From: Candidatus Latescibacterota bacterium
Lineage (GTDB): Bacteria > Latescibacterota > UBA2968 > GCA-2709665
Assembly: GCA_965222075.1 (NCBI GenBank)
Contig: OZ244937.1
Span: 4,384,001 to 4,448,000, forward strand
Direction: 5' to 3'
DNA: 64,000 nucleotides
Position numbers and translations under genes: made by a program. This document shows positions 20,353 to 30,204 of the stretch, piece after piece. The notes beneath the pieces were generated by a model. That model was not told where the DNA came from. It did no database searches and worked only from the letters and a program-made list of their open reading frames with translations. Numbering within the stretch: position 1 is the stretch's first letter; each line of letters opens with the position of its first letter.

Positions 20353-21225
20353 ATGTCGCTGCCCATTATCATGCACGTGAACTACTGCGAACAGGGTCAG
20401 ACGATTCCGGAGATGTGCCGGAAGGCAGCGGCCTGGGGGTTTGACGGGATCGAGTTCCGGCGAACGCGCCGGGGGGTTGACGAGACGCCGGAAGCGTATG
20501 TGGACGGTGTGGCCAGAGCGGCGGAGAACGCGGGCCTCAAGCATGTGCTGTTTGGAGGGCCGGGGATCAATCTGGCGGCGGAGGACGCAGAGGAGCGGAA
20601 GGCGCAGATCAAGGAAGGCGTCCACTTCTACCGGATAGCAGGCGAGCGCATCAAGCTGACCGTCTGCAACGTGGGTGCCGGGGGGATTCCCAGGCGGGAT
20701 CGGAGCACCCCGTCGTGGGACTACCACGCGAGTGGATCGGGGGCGGCTACGGAGGATCACTATAAATGGGCGGCCGAAGGCTACCGCGAGCTGGGCGCAG
20801 TGGCCGAGGAATTCAGGTTCAAGATGGCGTTCGAGACGCATATGGGGTGCCTGACGGACCTTCCGGAGCCGACCGCAAAGCTGCTGGATATGATCGATTC
20901 GCCTGCTGTGGGCGCGAATCTGGACTATGGGAATATGGCCTATTTCGCCAGAGCGCCCGCGTTGAGCGAGGTGATTTCCACGTTGAGCGGGCGAATCTAT
21001 ATGGTGCATCTGAAGAATTCCCACGCGGTCAACGTGGGCGGTCACACGGTGATGGTCAAGTGCCCGCTGGGCGAGGGGATGATCAACAACCGGGAGTTCC
21101 TGCGGCTGCTGCGGGAGGATGGGTTCGACGGGCCGCTCTGCATCGAGGCGCCCCGGCAGGGGGACCGGGAGTGGTTTGCACAGCAGGATATCCACTATCT
21201 GAAGTCGGTGCTGAACGATGGCTAA
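20353..21225 (+). CDS. Sugar phosphate isomerase/epimerase (xylose isomerase-like TIM barrel)
   Basis: WGFDGIE, FETH, NLDYGN, VHLKN, GEGMIN, GPLCIE metal-binding pattern. Confidence 0.9.
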   Translation: MSLPIIMHVNYCEQGQTIPEMCRKAAAWGFDGIEFRRTRRGVDETPEAYVDGVARAAENAGLKHVLFGGPGINLAAEDAEERKAQIKEGVHFYRIAGERIKLTVCNVGAGGIPRRDRSTPSWDYHASGSGAATEDHYKWAAEGYRELGAVAEEFRFKMAFETHMGCLTDLPEPTAKLLDMIDSPAVGANLDYGNMAYFARAPALSEVISTLSGRIYMVHLKNSHAVNVGGHTVMVKCPLGEGMINNREFLRLLREDGFDGPLCIEAPRQGDREWFAQQDIHYLKSVLNDG

Positions 21226-21846
21226 GGTCGAGATGAAGGCCGTTCGGGCCGAACTGGTGGACGGATCGACATATGGCGTGTCTTACTGGCATGTGACGAC
21301 GGGAGAGAAGGGACCGTGTTTGACAGGCCGGACCTGGACTGGAGCATCGAGGATTGCTATCTCCCAAACTGGGAAATCAACGGAGGATGAATCCGAAGCG
21401 TTTACGAAGAAGGGAGAGGCGAAATTTCGCTACCCACGATCGTGCACGTGAACTACTGCGAGCAGGGAGGACGGCTTTATTTACCGTCGCAGCAATCCTG
21501 ATTGCGCATGGCTGCATTGCAGATGGTGCTCAGGATAAGCAGGGGAAGACAATGACAGTTCAACGCGACTCCTACCGGCCCGGCGCCTCCGCCGTATGTA
21601 AAGCTGGTGTGGGACGCATCGACCGCTCCCCAAGGCATCCGCTACTATAACGTCTATCGAAGTACATCTGGGGATGTGATGCCCACTCAGGAGAATTTGA
21701 TCGGGAGTTCCCGGGAACCGCATTTTGTGGATGTGGGCATAACGCAATCGCGGTATTGTTACCGGGTCGTGGCGGTTGACAATTGGGGCAACTGCTCGAA
21801 GCCTTCACCATCGTATTTGTATGCAGGACGGAACTTTACCCAGTAG
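21218..21846 (+). pseudogene. Chimeric scar made of about five gene fragments
   Basis: Pieces match 46793-46840, 43372-43430 and 20356-20396. They are preceded by an unrelated N-terminus and followed by a signal-peptide-like piece and an FN3-like C-terminus (LVWDAS...YYNVYR...YCYRVVAVDNWGN). Confidence 0.75.
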
Positions 21847-21970
21847 ATGAGTCCCAGCACTGCCAGGGCGCTTCTACATCACCGTGCGTGCTGGAGGCGT
21901 TTCACAGCTATGGCTTACTCAGCATGACAGCTTATGCCTCTCGCAGGCGTTTTTGAAGGAGGAGATCGCA

Positions 21971-23227
21971 ATGCGTTTTGGAGTTGCCTGTCGGGATATC
22001 GTTCCTCCGTTTCGCACAAGGATGTACGGGTATGGTGGGCGAGTGGACCTCTACGAGGGTGTCAACGACCCGTTGACGTTCACGGCCATCGTGCTGCAAG
22101 AGGGGAACCGCCGCGCGCTGCTGGGCGCTGCGGACCTGGGCACCTTTCCAAGGCTCGACACGCTGTCCGGCTTCCTGGACCGGCTGGAGGAGGTCGTCGG
22201 GTGCCCGAGAGACCATATCATGCTGAACGGCTCGCACTCTCACGGGACCGCGACGGTGTCGGACGAGCGATACAGGGAGTGGCTGTACGAAAAGGTCCTC
22301 GAGGCTGCCCGGGAGGCTTCGGAGAACACGAATGAAGGGACGTTGTGGTACGGCGAAGGCAAGACGGGCTTGCCGATGAACCGCCGCCTGGAGCGGGAGG
22401 GCCAGGTTGTGAACGCGCCCAATCCGGACGGACCGGTGGACGGTCGGATGCGGCTCTTGGTCTTCAGAAAACCGACGGGGGAGATCGCCGCACTCGGGAT
22501 GTCCGTGGCGTGTCATCCGGTTGCCACGGGGGCGCGGCACCTGCTGACTGCGGAGTTTCCCGGGGCCTGGCGGGCGGCTTTCTCCAGGGCGTTTGGTTCC
22601 GAGGTGACGCCGTTTTTCCTGCAGGGGGCGGGCGGAGACATACGGCCCCGGCATGTGGCCGAAGGGGACCACTGGCGGGGGATGAGGCACGCCGAGCTTC
22701 CCGGCATGGGCCAGGAACTTTTGAGGGAGACGTTGAAGATTCTCCTGGAGGCGGACTTCAAGCAGATCGACAATCTGACGCTTACGGGCAAGATCAATCG
22801 GGTTGAGGCTCCCTGCCAGAGGGCTTATACCACGCGCGAGGAACTCAAGCCGCTGAGGGAGCGGGGTGGAGGGTTTCGTTCCTATGCGGAGAAATGTCTG
22901 CAGCGTCTCGATGCTGGAGAGGAAGTCCCGGACCGTGCGGAGTTTCACGTTCAGACCCTCTGGTTGAACCGGGAATTCGCCCTGATCGGCCTCGACGCCG
23001 AGCCGCTTCACGCCCTGGGCCGGGCCATAGAGGATTCCGTGTCACCCAGGCAGGCGTTGTTCCTGGGATATACGAACGGCTGCGTTGGCTACGCGATGGA
23101 TGGGAAAGAGACGGAACGGGGCGGCGGCACGGAGATCGGCACCTATCTTTCCAGGGGATGGTCAGGGCCGCCCGAGCCGGGCCTGGAGAAGGTCCTGGCT
23201 GGGGCTGTTGCGCGCGAGGTCGAATAA
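21971..23227 (+). CDS. Neutral/alkaline ceramidase N-terminal-domain family hydrolase (copy 1)
   Basis: DIVPP, MYGYGGR, GVNDPL, SHSHG, ACHP, FLQGAGGD, GYTNGCVGY. Confidence 0.8.
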   Translation: MRFGVACRDIVPPFRTRMYGYGGRVDLYEGVNDPLTFTAIVLQEGNRRALLGAADLGTFPRLDTLSGFLDRLEEVVGCPRDHIMLNGSHSHGTATVSDERYREWLYEKVLEAAREASENTNEGTLWYGEGKTGLPMNRRLEREGQVVNAPNPDGPVDGRMRLLVFRKPTGEIAALGMSVACHPVATGARHLLTAEFPGAWRAAFSRAFGSEVTPFFLQGAGGDIRPRHVAEGDHWRGMRHAELPGMGQELLRETLKILLEADFKQIDNLTLTGKINRVEAPCQRAYTTREELKPLRERGGGFRSYAEKCLQRLDAGEEVPDRAEFHVQTLWLNREFALIGLDAEPLHALGRAIEDSVSPRQALFLGYTNGCVGYAMDGKETERGGGTEIGTYLSRGWSGPPEPGLEKVLAGAVAREVE

Positions 23228-23257
23228 ACTGTCCATCGATCACAAGGAGAAAATGCC

Positions 23258-24589
23258 ATGCGTTTTGGTATCGGTCGCCGGGAGATCACCCCTCCGCTTT
23301 ACACCCACATGCACGGGTACGCGGGGAGACGGGATACGAACGATGGGGTGAACGATCCCCTGGTGTTCACAGCGATTGTGATGGAAGAGGGAGACCGGCG
23401 CGCCCTGCTGGGCGCTGCGGACATCTGCACGTTTCCGAACGATGGAAGCGTGCCCGGCTTTCTGGAGCAGGTCGGCAAGGCGATCGGATGTCCGCCGGAT
23501 AATGTGATGCTCAACGCCTCGCACACACACGGGGGGCCGCGTATGCCGAGTACCTCTCTGTACTGGAGGGATTTTCCTTCGCGGACGACAGAGCAGTACA
23601 GAGATCAGCTCTACGAACAGGCGCTTGAGGCCGCCCGAGAGGCTGCGGACAATCTGGTGGAAGGGAGCCTCTGGTATGGGGAGGGGAAGACGCGACTGCC
23701 GATGAACCGGCGTCCGGAGCGGGACGACCGGGTTGTAAACGCCCCCAATCCGGAGGGGCCGGTGGACGACCGGATGCAGCTTCTGGCCTTCAGAAAGCCC
23801 ACAGGGGAAGTGGCGGCGGTGGGCATCAAGGTATCGTGCCACCCGGTTGCCACGGGTGCGCAGCACCTGATCACGGCAGATTGGCCGGGGGCATGGCGCG
23901 ATGCCTTCTCCAGCGCGTTTGGCCCGGACGTGACGCCGTTTTTCCTGCAAGGGGCGGGCGCGGATGCCCGTCCCCGCCACGTGGCCGAAGGGGATCACTG
24001 GCGGGTGATGAAGCACGCCGAGCTTGCCACGATTGGCGACGAGTTGATGGCGGAGACCCTGGCGATCCTCACAGGGACGAATCTCCGTCCGGTGAACAAT
24101 TTGACGCTGCATGGAAAGATCAACGTTGTGCAGGCGCCCTGTGAGAAGCGGTATACGACCCGCGAACAGATCGAGCCCTTGAAGGGCGAAGGCGGACTCC
24201 AGCAGCGGTATGCGCAAGCAGGTCTGGAGCTTCTGGATAAGGGAGAAGAGATCCGCGACTATGTGGCGTTTCACGTTCAGACGCTGTGGGTGAACCGGGA
24301 CCTGGCCCTGATCGGCCTGGATGTGGAACCGCTCTGCGGCCTGGCGAAGACGGTTGAGGAGGCGGTTGCGCCGGCGCAGGCGGTCCTTCTGGGGTATACG
24401 AACGGCTGCATCGGCTATACCCCCGATACGCAGGAGATGGTGCGCGGCGGCTACGAGACCGGCAGCTATCTGCCCAGTGTGTGGTCCGGGCCGTTGATGC
24501 CGGGGCTTGAGAACCTGTTTGCCGACGCTGTCGTTCGCAGGATACGGACCAGACGCGAAAGCCCAGGAAGCCCTCCTCTACCTGAGTGA
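23258..24589 (+). CDS. Neutral/alkaline ceramidase N-terminal-domain family hydrolase (copy 2)
   Basis: Tandem paralog with EITPP, MHGYAGR, ASHTHGGP, SCHP, GGYE. The last ~15 aa read through into the next remnant. Confidence 0.8.
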   Translation: MRFGIGRREITPPLYTHMHGYAGRRDTNDGVNDPLVFTAIVMEEGDRRALLGAADICTFPNDGSVPGFLEQVGKAIGCPPDNVMLNASHTHGGPRMPSTSLYWRDFPSRTTEQYRDQLYEQALEAAREAADNLVEGSLWYGEGKTRLPMNRRPERDDRVVNAPNPEGPVDDRMQLLAFRKPTGEVAAVGIKVSCHPVATGAQHLITADWPGAWRDAFSSAFGPDVTPFFLQGAGADARPRHVAEGDHWRVMKHAELATIGDELMAETLAILTGTNLRPVNNLTLHGKINVVQAPCEKRYTTREQIEPLKGEGGLQQRYAQAGLELLDKGEEIRDYVAFHVQTLWVNRDLALIGLDVEPLCGLAKTVEEAVAPAQAVLLGYTNGCIGYTPDTQEMVRGGYETGSYLPSVWSGPLMPGLENLFADAVVRRIRTRRESPGSPPLPE

Positions 24590-26388
24590 CCTCCGGCCCG
24601 AAGGGGGAATGGGAAGGAGAACCGGCGACTACGGCTATACGTGCGGCTATGCCATGGCGGGGTTCTCTCTGATCTACGACTTGGTTTACGAGAGCGGCGT
24701 GTTCTCCGGGGAAGACCGGGAGAAGATCGAGAACATGATGCGAGCGAGCTTTCTGGGCATGAAGCTGTCTCCAGGCAACATGAAATTCCACAACCGGGCT
24801 GCGGTCTGTCTGGGTGGGATGGCCGCGATTGCCTTCTGCCTCCAGGACACCGATATGATTGACTGGGTGCTCAACGGGACATACGGATTCCACCGCCACA
24901 TGGCATCTGTGCCGGAAGACGGTCTCTGGGAAGAAGGTCCGAGCTATGCATTCATGACCCTTGGCGACATGTCTCAAGGCGCAGGCTACATGGGCGTGGC
25001 TGAATGCGCCTATCACGCGGGCATCAACCTCTATGAGGATCCCAATTCGCAGAAGCTGCTGCTGACCCCCCTGAAATACGCCTTCCCCGACATGACGTTG
25101 TCGGGGCACGGCCATGCGGGGGCGGGAGACTCCGTTATCGATCGGGCATTCTCCTTCGTTCGTTCCTATCTCAGAACAGGGGACCCGAGGTACGGTTGGG
25201 TTCTGCGCGAAGCCTATAAGATCGGAGGAATGGATCGATCGGAGAGCGCCGTCAACCTGTGGGGAGGCGCCGTAGAGATTCCGAAGCACGTAGATTTCGC
25301 CCCCAGCTTTGGGACGACTCATTACAAGAACAGAGGACAGGTGATGTTGCGGACCGGAGAAGGGGAGCGTGCCATCAATGTTCTGTTCGACTACGGATAT
25401 ACAGGGGGACACGCCCATCCGGATAAACTGAACATCGCACTTTACGCCAACCGACAGATTCAGGCGCCTGACGGGATCCTGCCGTACACGGTCCCGGAGT
25501 GTTTTACCTACAACGGCATGCCAGTGGGACACAATACCGTTGTGGTGGACGAACTCGCACAACACCCCAGCAATGCGCAGTCTCTCACCTTTCTCGGCGT
25601 GACGGGACGCGTGCAGATCACAGATGCCGTTGATTCAGAAACGTACACAGGCGTTCATCTTCGCAGGACCCTGATGCTCACCGAATCGTACCTGGTGGAC
25701 TTTTTCAGGGCTGCAGGCGAAAGGCCGCATCGGTATGATTGGGCCTACCACAACCTCGGGGGTATGTCCACAGAGCTTTCGCTTCATCCCCACAAAGGCA
25801 GCCTGGGGATGGCGAACGGCTACAATCACGTTGTAGATGTCTCAAAGGCGAAAACAGATGGCCCCTGGCGAGTGACCTGTACCGTCGATGAACAGAGACC
25901 GGAAGAGGCTGTTCTCGTCCAGATGCCGGGTGGGGAACCCACGCAGGAGGACGGTCGAGTATTTCCGTGATGAGGAAATGGCGCGAACCGGAAGGTGCTC
26001 CGCCAAAGTGACTCGAGGGTCTATCTACGGCGATATCACCGGGGTGGGGTCGTGGGCGCAGAGGGGTGTGGTTGAGAACGGGGGCGGCAGGACGTTCTCG
26101 CTGTCGGCCTGGGCAAGGGCCTCGGAGCGAACGCTTGTACGGCTGTACCTCTACGGATACGATCTCGAATGGGGGGATGATTTCGACGGTGCAGCCTCAG
26201 AAGCATTCCAGGTGGGGACGGAGTGGCAGGAGGTCTCTCACACAAACAATTTTGGGCCTTCTATCGAGGAGGTCCACGTCGTTCTCGTTCGAACCGTCCA
26301 GACCTTTGGTGGAGACGTATGGTTTGATGATGTGAACCTGGTTGAGGTGACCGAAGACGGCAACCGCGTTCAAGGAGCACAGACATGA
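24535..26388 (+). pseudogene. Heparinase II/III-like lyase lacking its 5' part, with an out-of-frame C-terminal CBM4/9-like module
   Basis: HN, DGLWEEG..Y, GHAHPDKL, HNTVVVD in 24507-25970. The 25950-26388 module (SAWARAS...VGTEWQ...GGDVWFDDV) is homologous to the C-terminus of 26586-30182. No RBS/start, and shorter than the paralog. Confidence 0.75.
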
Positions 26389-26522
26389 GATTCACATCGC
26401 CGAAATTGTCCGAACCAGGTGGGGGTGACCCGCAGCTTGCCGACGTCGCCGGCGGGCTCCTGAAGGTGGGCATCTCAACCACCGATATCACGCCCGAAGG
26501 GCCCGTCTACCCGGCCGGATGA
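26385..26522 (+). pseudogene. 5' stub of a third ceramidase-like gene
   Basis: AAGGAG RBS, then MRF...LLKVGISTTDITPEGPVYPAG followed by a stop. Confidence 0.55.
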
Positions 26523-26585
26523 GAGCGGCTACGCCCTCTTCAACTATGTGTTGCTCGGTCCGCTGGAGTCGGAGGGAATCTATTC

Positions 26586-29500
26586 GTGCTCTTAGGGGCT
26601 GCCCTGACGGTTGGAGCGGTGTGGGCCGGTTCTGTTCAGGCGAAGGAGGTATCAGAGATGAACGCGGAGGTGATACAATCCAATCTGGTCCCCAATGGGG
26701 GGTTTGAGGCCGATACCGATGGTATGCCCGATGGGTGGGAATTGGACGTGGATTCAGACGATTTCCTGTTTACAGGTAAATTGTCCACCCGGTCCCATTC
26801 GGGTCGGTACAGCTTCTGCGCTGAGAAGGGCATGGGGAGACGGGGAACGGACCTGCGTTCGCCGAGCTTCGATCTCAAGCTGAATGCTGCGTACGAGGTA
26901 AGCGTCTGGCTGAGGATGGACAGCCGGTTTCCAAAGGACACGGTTCGCCTGCGCGTGCGCGCCAACACCCACAGCGAGTTATTCGATTTGAATGTGAAGA
27001 GGGCCTGGAGGAAGTCCACGGTTCTATTCCGCACAGAGTCCGGGACCACCTCAGGAAGCGTCCAGTTTGATCAGCTCGGCGGCCTGGCCGAGAGGCTCTA
27101 CATCGACGACGTGGAGGTCAGAGAGACGGAAGCCGAGGATGACAGGCCCCCTATTCAGAAGACGGACCTTTCTGAATTCACCTTTCCCCGTTACCGGCCG
27201 AGGTTGGAGCATACCGCGGAGGAGATTGAGGAGATCAAGCGGTCTGTGGAGGGGCGTGATATCCGTGAACACCGGTGGGTGCAGAATGCCGACCCCTGGC
27301 TGGAGAAGCAGTTCCATTTCTTCGAGGAGGGGTACGACTTCAAAAAATACTGGACGATCGGGCGCCATTGTCCGGTAGACGCCACGCAGCTCAAGCCGGT
27401 TATACATCCCGACGGTACGACCGAGATGAAATGTCCGGCGTGCGGCCGGGTCTACCGGAACGAGGAACACAGGGCGTGCGCACGGGCCATGTACAACGAA
27501 CAGATGGCGCGCGGCGCAGGCTGGCTGGGCAAGGCTTATGCGCTTACCGGCGACGTGCGGTATGCCCGCCGGGCTGCGGAGATCCTGGTGGGGTTTGCCG
27601 GGCGTTACAAGCAGTGGGGCGGGGGCGGTCACGCGGTGCTGTATATGCTGCGGGAGTCCAATGGGTTTCTCATTCCCTGCACAACGGCGTACGACTACAT
27701 CTACGACAGCGGCGTTTTGTCGGCGGAAGACCACCGGAAGATCGAAGAAGACTTCTTCCGGGTGGCCGGCGAGTATTATTCAAACCACGCCGATACGAAT
27801 GGGCGGATGAACAACCGGGGAGCGATCCACAATCGGAATGTGATGGCCATCGGGTCGGCCATCAACGACAGGGGCTTCGTGGATCAGGCGCTTAACAGCC
27901 CGCATTCGGGCTTTCACGCCCTGGCAGCGCGCATATTCGATCCGGACGGCCTGGCGTGGGAAGGGTTCGGTTACCATACCTACACACTGGTCGGCCTTTC
28001 TCCCATTGCGGAGATGGCGTACCGGATCGGGATCAATGTCTATGATGATCCGTCGTATCGTAAGGTATTCGAGGCGCCGCTGCAGGTGTTTTTGCCCGGG
28101 GAGGTGGGCCCGGAATCTCGCCATCGCCTGTTGGACCAGTATGAGATTGCTTGTCGAAGGTTTGCCGAATTGGGGAAGGCGATAGCGTTCCCGTTCGACA
28201 AGGAGGATAAGGTTAAGGTCATTCCCTCCTCATCGTTCAACTTCAAGCATTTTGGGTATGGGGTGCTGCGGTCGGGGGAGGGTGAGGATCAGATCTATCT
28301 CTCGATGAGCTATGGCAAAGAGGCGATGTTTATGGGGCATGCCCCCGCGCTGAAGTTCGGGTTGGTGCTCTACGCGAACCGCCGGTTGCTGACCCCAAGG
28401 GGGATGCCTTCAGGTTATGGGCATCCGTTGACCGGGGGATGGTCTCGCAATCCTCTGGCGCACAATTCCATCACGGCCGACGACACGGATCAGTGGGGCC
28501 GCACGGAAGGGAGGCTGATCGCTTTTGAGGCCGCTCCCCGAGTGAAGGTGATGCGAGCGACAGACGACGAAGCTTATGGGGGAATCACTCTGGACCGGAC
28601 GCTGTTTCTCACGGACGGGTACGTGGTGGACCTTTCGGGCGCATATGCCAAGAGCGGACGGCACCGGTACGACCTGTGCTACCGGAGCTTCGGGGAGCTG
28701 AGTTGCCCGCTGCCGTTCGAGGGCCGGGAGGAGCCACTCGGCGTCGGGTACGGCTATCAGTACCTGACGGATGCGAGGAGCAAGCGTACCGACGAAACGT
28801 GGTCCGCAGATTGGCGCCAGGCCCAGGACAGCGCGTTGAAGGTTACGGTTCTGGGCGGGCCTGAGACGGAGGTGATTGCCTGCACTTCGCCGAGCAATAC
28901 GGACCGGGACGACGATGTGAATGCCATGGTTGCCCGCCGGTCGGCGCAGGGGACGGTGTTCACCACGGTGTGGGAGCCTTATCGGGAAAAGCCATTCCTA
29001 TCCCGGATCGTATCCTTGCCGGTGAAAGGCAAGGGGGACGGGCCGGATCAGGCCGGGGGCGTTGGGGTCGAGGTGATCAGGAATGGTTCAGAGGCCACGG
29101 AGTGTTTTCTGGCTTCTTACGCCCCTGAGGTGAAGAGGTACGGCGACATTGAACTTGACGGGAAGGTTGCCGCTGGCCGCTGGGAGGACGGAGAGGCAGA
29201 GCCGGCTTACGTGTACCTGGTCAACGGCGTGTTGGTGAGGCGAGGGTCACACTCGGTTGAGGCAAGCGCTCCAGCTTCGATCTACGTGGAACGGCTGTCC
29301 GACGGGGGGTTGCTGGTAAAGACGGGAACCGGCAGGTCCGGGAGTGTGACGATCGAGGGCGAATTGTCTGCCGAGGTCAAAGTGGTAAGCGAAGGGGAAC
29401 AGGTCGAGATCGAGGTTCAAGACAGAAAAGCTCTCAGCTTCGGTGCCACAGAGGAGGCTTCCTACCAGGTTACTGGCATAGACGAATGGAGGAACGTGAG

Positions 29501-30182
29501 GCTTGAGTGTGAAGCTCAGGCAGTGAGGGAAGAGACAGAAGCAGAGGAGGCCGGTCCTGAGGTGAACGCATCCGAGCCAGAGGGCAGGATTGAGGTGCCC
29601 CTGGCGGAGGATGGGTCGCTTGCAGGGGTGAACAAGATTGCCAACGGAGGGTTCGAGGTCAACTACAAGACACACGCTGAGATCGAAGACCCCTGGGAGT
29701 GCTGGAACTCATACTACTGGGCGAAGTTTCGCCCTGCGTACGAATATGATGGCGAGGTGGTTCACAGCGGGAAGTACTCGATCAAGATCCCACAGGAGAA
29801 CTGGGCGAACGAGGCGACCCGGGACGGGTGGATTCAGCAGAAAGTCTCTGGTTCTGGAGCGAATAAGACGTATACGCTCTCGGCCTGGGTGAAGTCGAGT
29901 CTGGAGCCGACACGGGTGAGGCTGTGCATCTACGGCTGGAATCCGGCGTGGGGGAGAGATTTCGAGGGCGGCGTGTCACCCCGGCTCAATGTGGGGACGG
30001 AGTGGCAGCGGATCAGCTGGACGCGGAGGTTTGGGCCGGAGATTACCGATGTGTATGTGATGGTGAAGCGGGAGCACCAGGTGCTGGGTGGAGATGTGTG
30101 GATTGATGATGTGCAGCTGGAGGAGGGTGGGGAAACGACGGATTTCGCAGCGGATGCCTGGACGGAGGCGGCTGAAAGGTGA
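26586..30182 (+). CDS. Secreted heparinase II/III-like polysaccharide lyase with N- and C-terminal CBM-like modules
   Basis: NLVPNGGFE and NKIANGGFE modules, AYALTGD..YA..A.EIL, YDYIY, DGLAWEG..YH, AHNSIT.D, RTLFL. Signal peptide may be 5'-clipped. Confidence 0.82.
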   Translation: MLLGAALTVGAVWAGSVQAKEVSEMNAEVIQSNLVPNGGFEADTDGMPDGWELDVDSDDFLFTGKLSTRSHSGRYSFCAEKGMGRRGTDLRSPSFDLKLNAAYEVSVWLRMDSRFPKDTVRLRVRANTHSELFDLNVKRAWRKSTVLFRTESGTTSGSVQFDQLGGLAERLYIDDVEVRETEAEDDRPPIQKTDLSEFTFPRYRPRLEHTAEEIEEIKRSVEGRDIREHRWVQNADPWLEKQFHFFEEGYDFKKYWTIGRHCPVDATQLKPVIHPDGTTEMKCPACGRVYRNEEHRACARAMYNEQMARGAGWLGKAYALTGDVRYARRAAEILVGFAGRYKQWGGGGHAVLYMLRESNGFLIPCTTAYDYIYDSGVLSAEDHRKIEEDFFRVAGEYYSNHADTNGRMNNRGAIHNRNVMAIGSAINDRGFVDQALNSPHSGFHALAARIFDPDGLAWEGFGYHTYTLVGLSPIAEMAYRIGINVYDDPSYRKVFEAPLQVFLPGEVGPESRHRLLDQYEIACRRFAELGKAIAFPFDKEDKVKVIPSSSFNFKHFGYGVLRSGEGEDQIYLSMSYGKEAMFMGHAPALKFGLVLYANRRLLTPRGMPSGYGHPLTGGWSRNPLAHNSITADDTDQWGRTEGRLIAFEAAPRVKVMRATDDEAYGGITLDRTLFLTDGYVVDLSGAYAKSGRHRYDLCYRSFGELSCPLPFEGREEPLGVGYGYQYLTDARSKRTDETWSADWRQAQDSALKVTVLGGPETEVIACTSPSNTDRDDDVNAMVARRSAQGTVFTTVWEPYREKPFLSRIVSLPVKGKGDGPDQAGGVGVEVIRNGSEATECFLASYAPEVKRYGDIELDGKVAAGRWEDGEAEPAYVYLVNGVLVRRGSHSVEASAPASIYVERLSDGGLLVKTGTGRSGSVTIEGELSAEVKVVSEGEQVEIEVQDRKALSFGATEEASYQVTGIDEWRNVRLECEAQAVREETEAEEAGPEVNASEPEGRIEVPLAEDGSLAGVNKIANGGFEVNYKTHAEIEDPWECWNSYYWAKFRPAYEYDGEVVHSGKYSIKIPQENWANEATRDGWIQQKVSGSGANKTYTLSAWVKSSLEPTRVRLCIYGWNPAWGRDFEGGVSPRLNVGTEWQRISWTRRFGPEITDVYVMVKREHQVLGGDVWIDDVQLEEGGETTDFAADAWTEAAER

Positions 30183-30204
30183 CCCTTGGGATAGGAGGAC
30201 AGAT

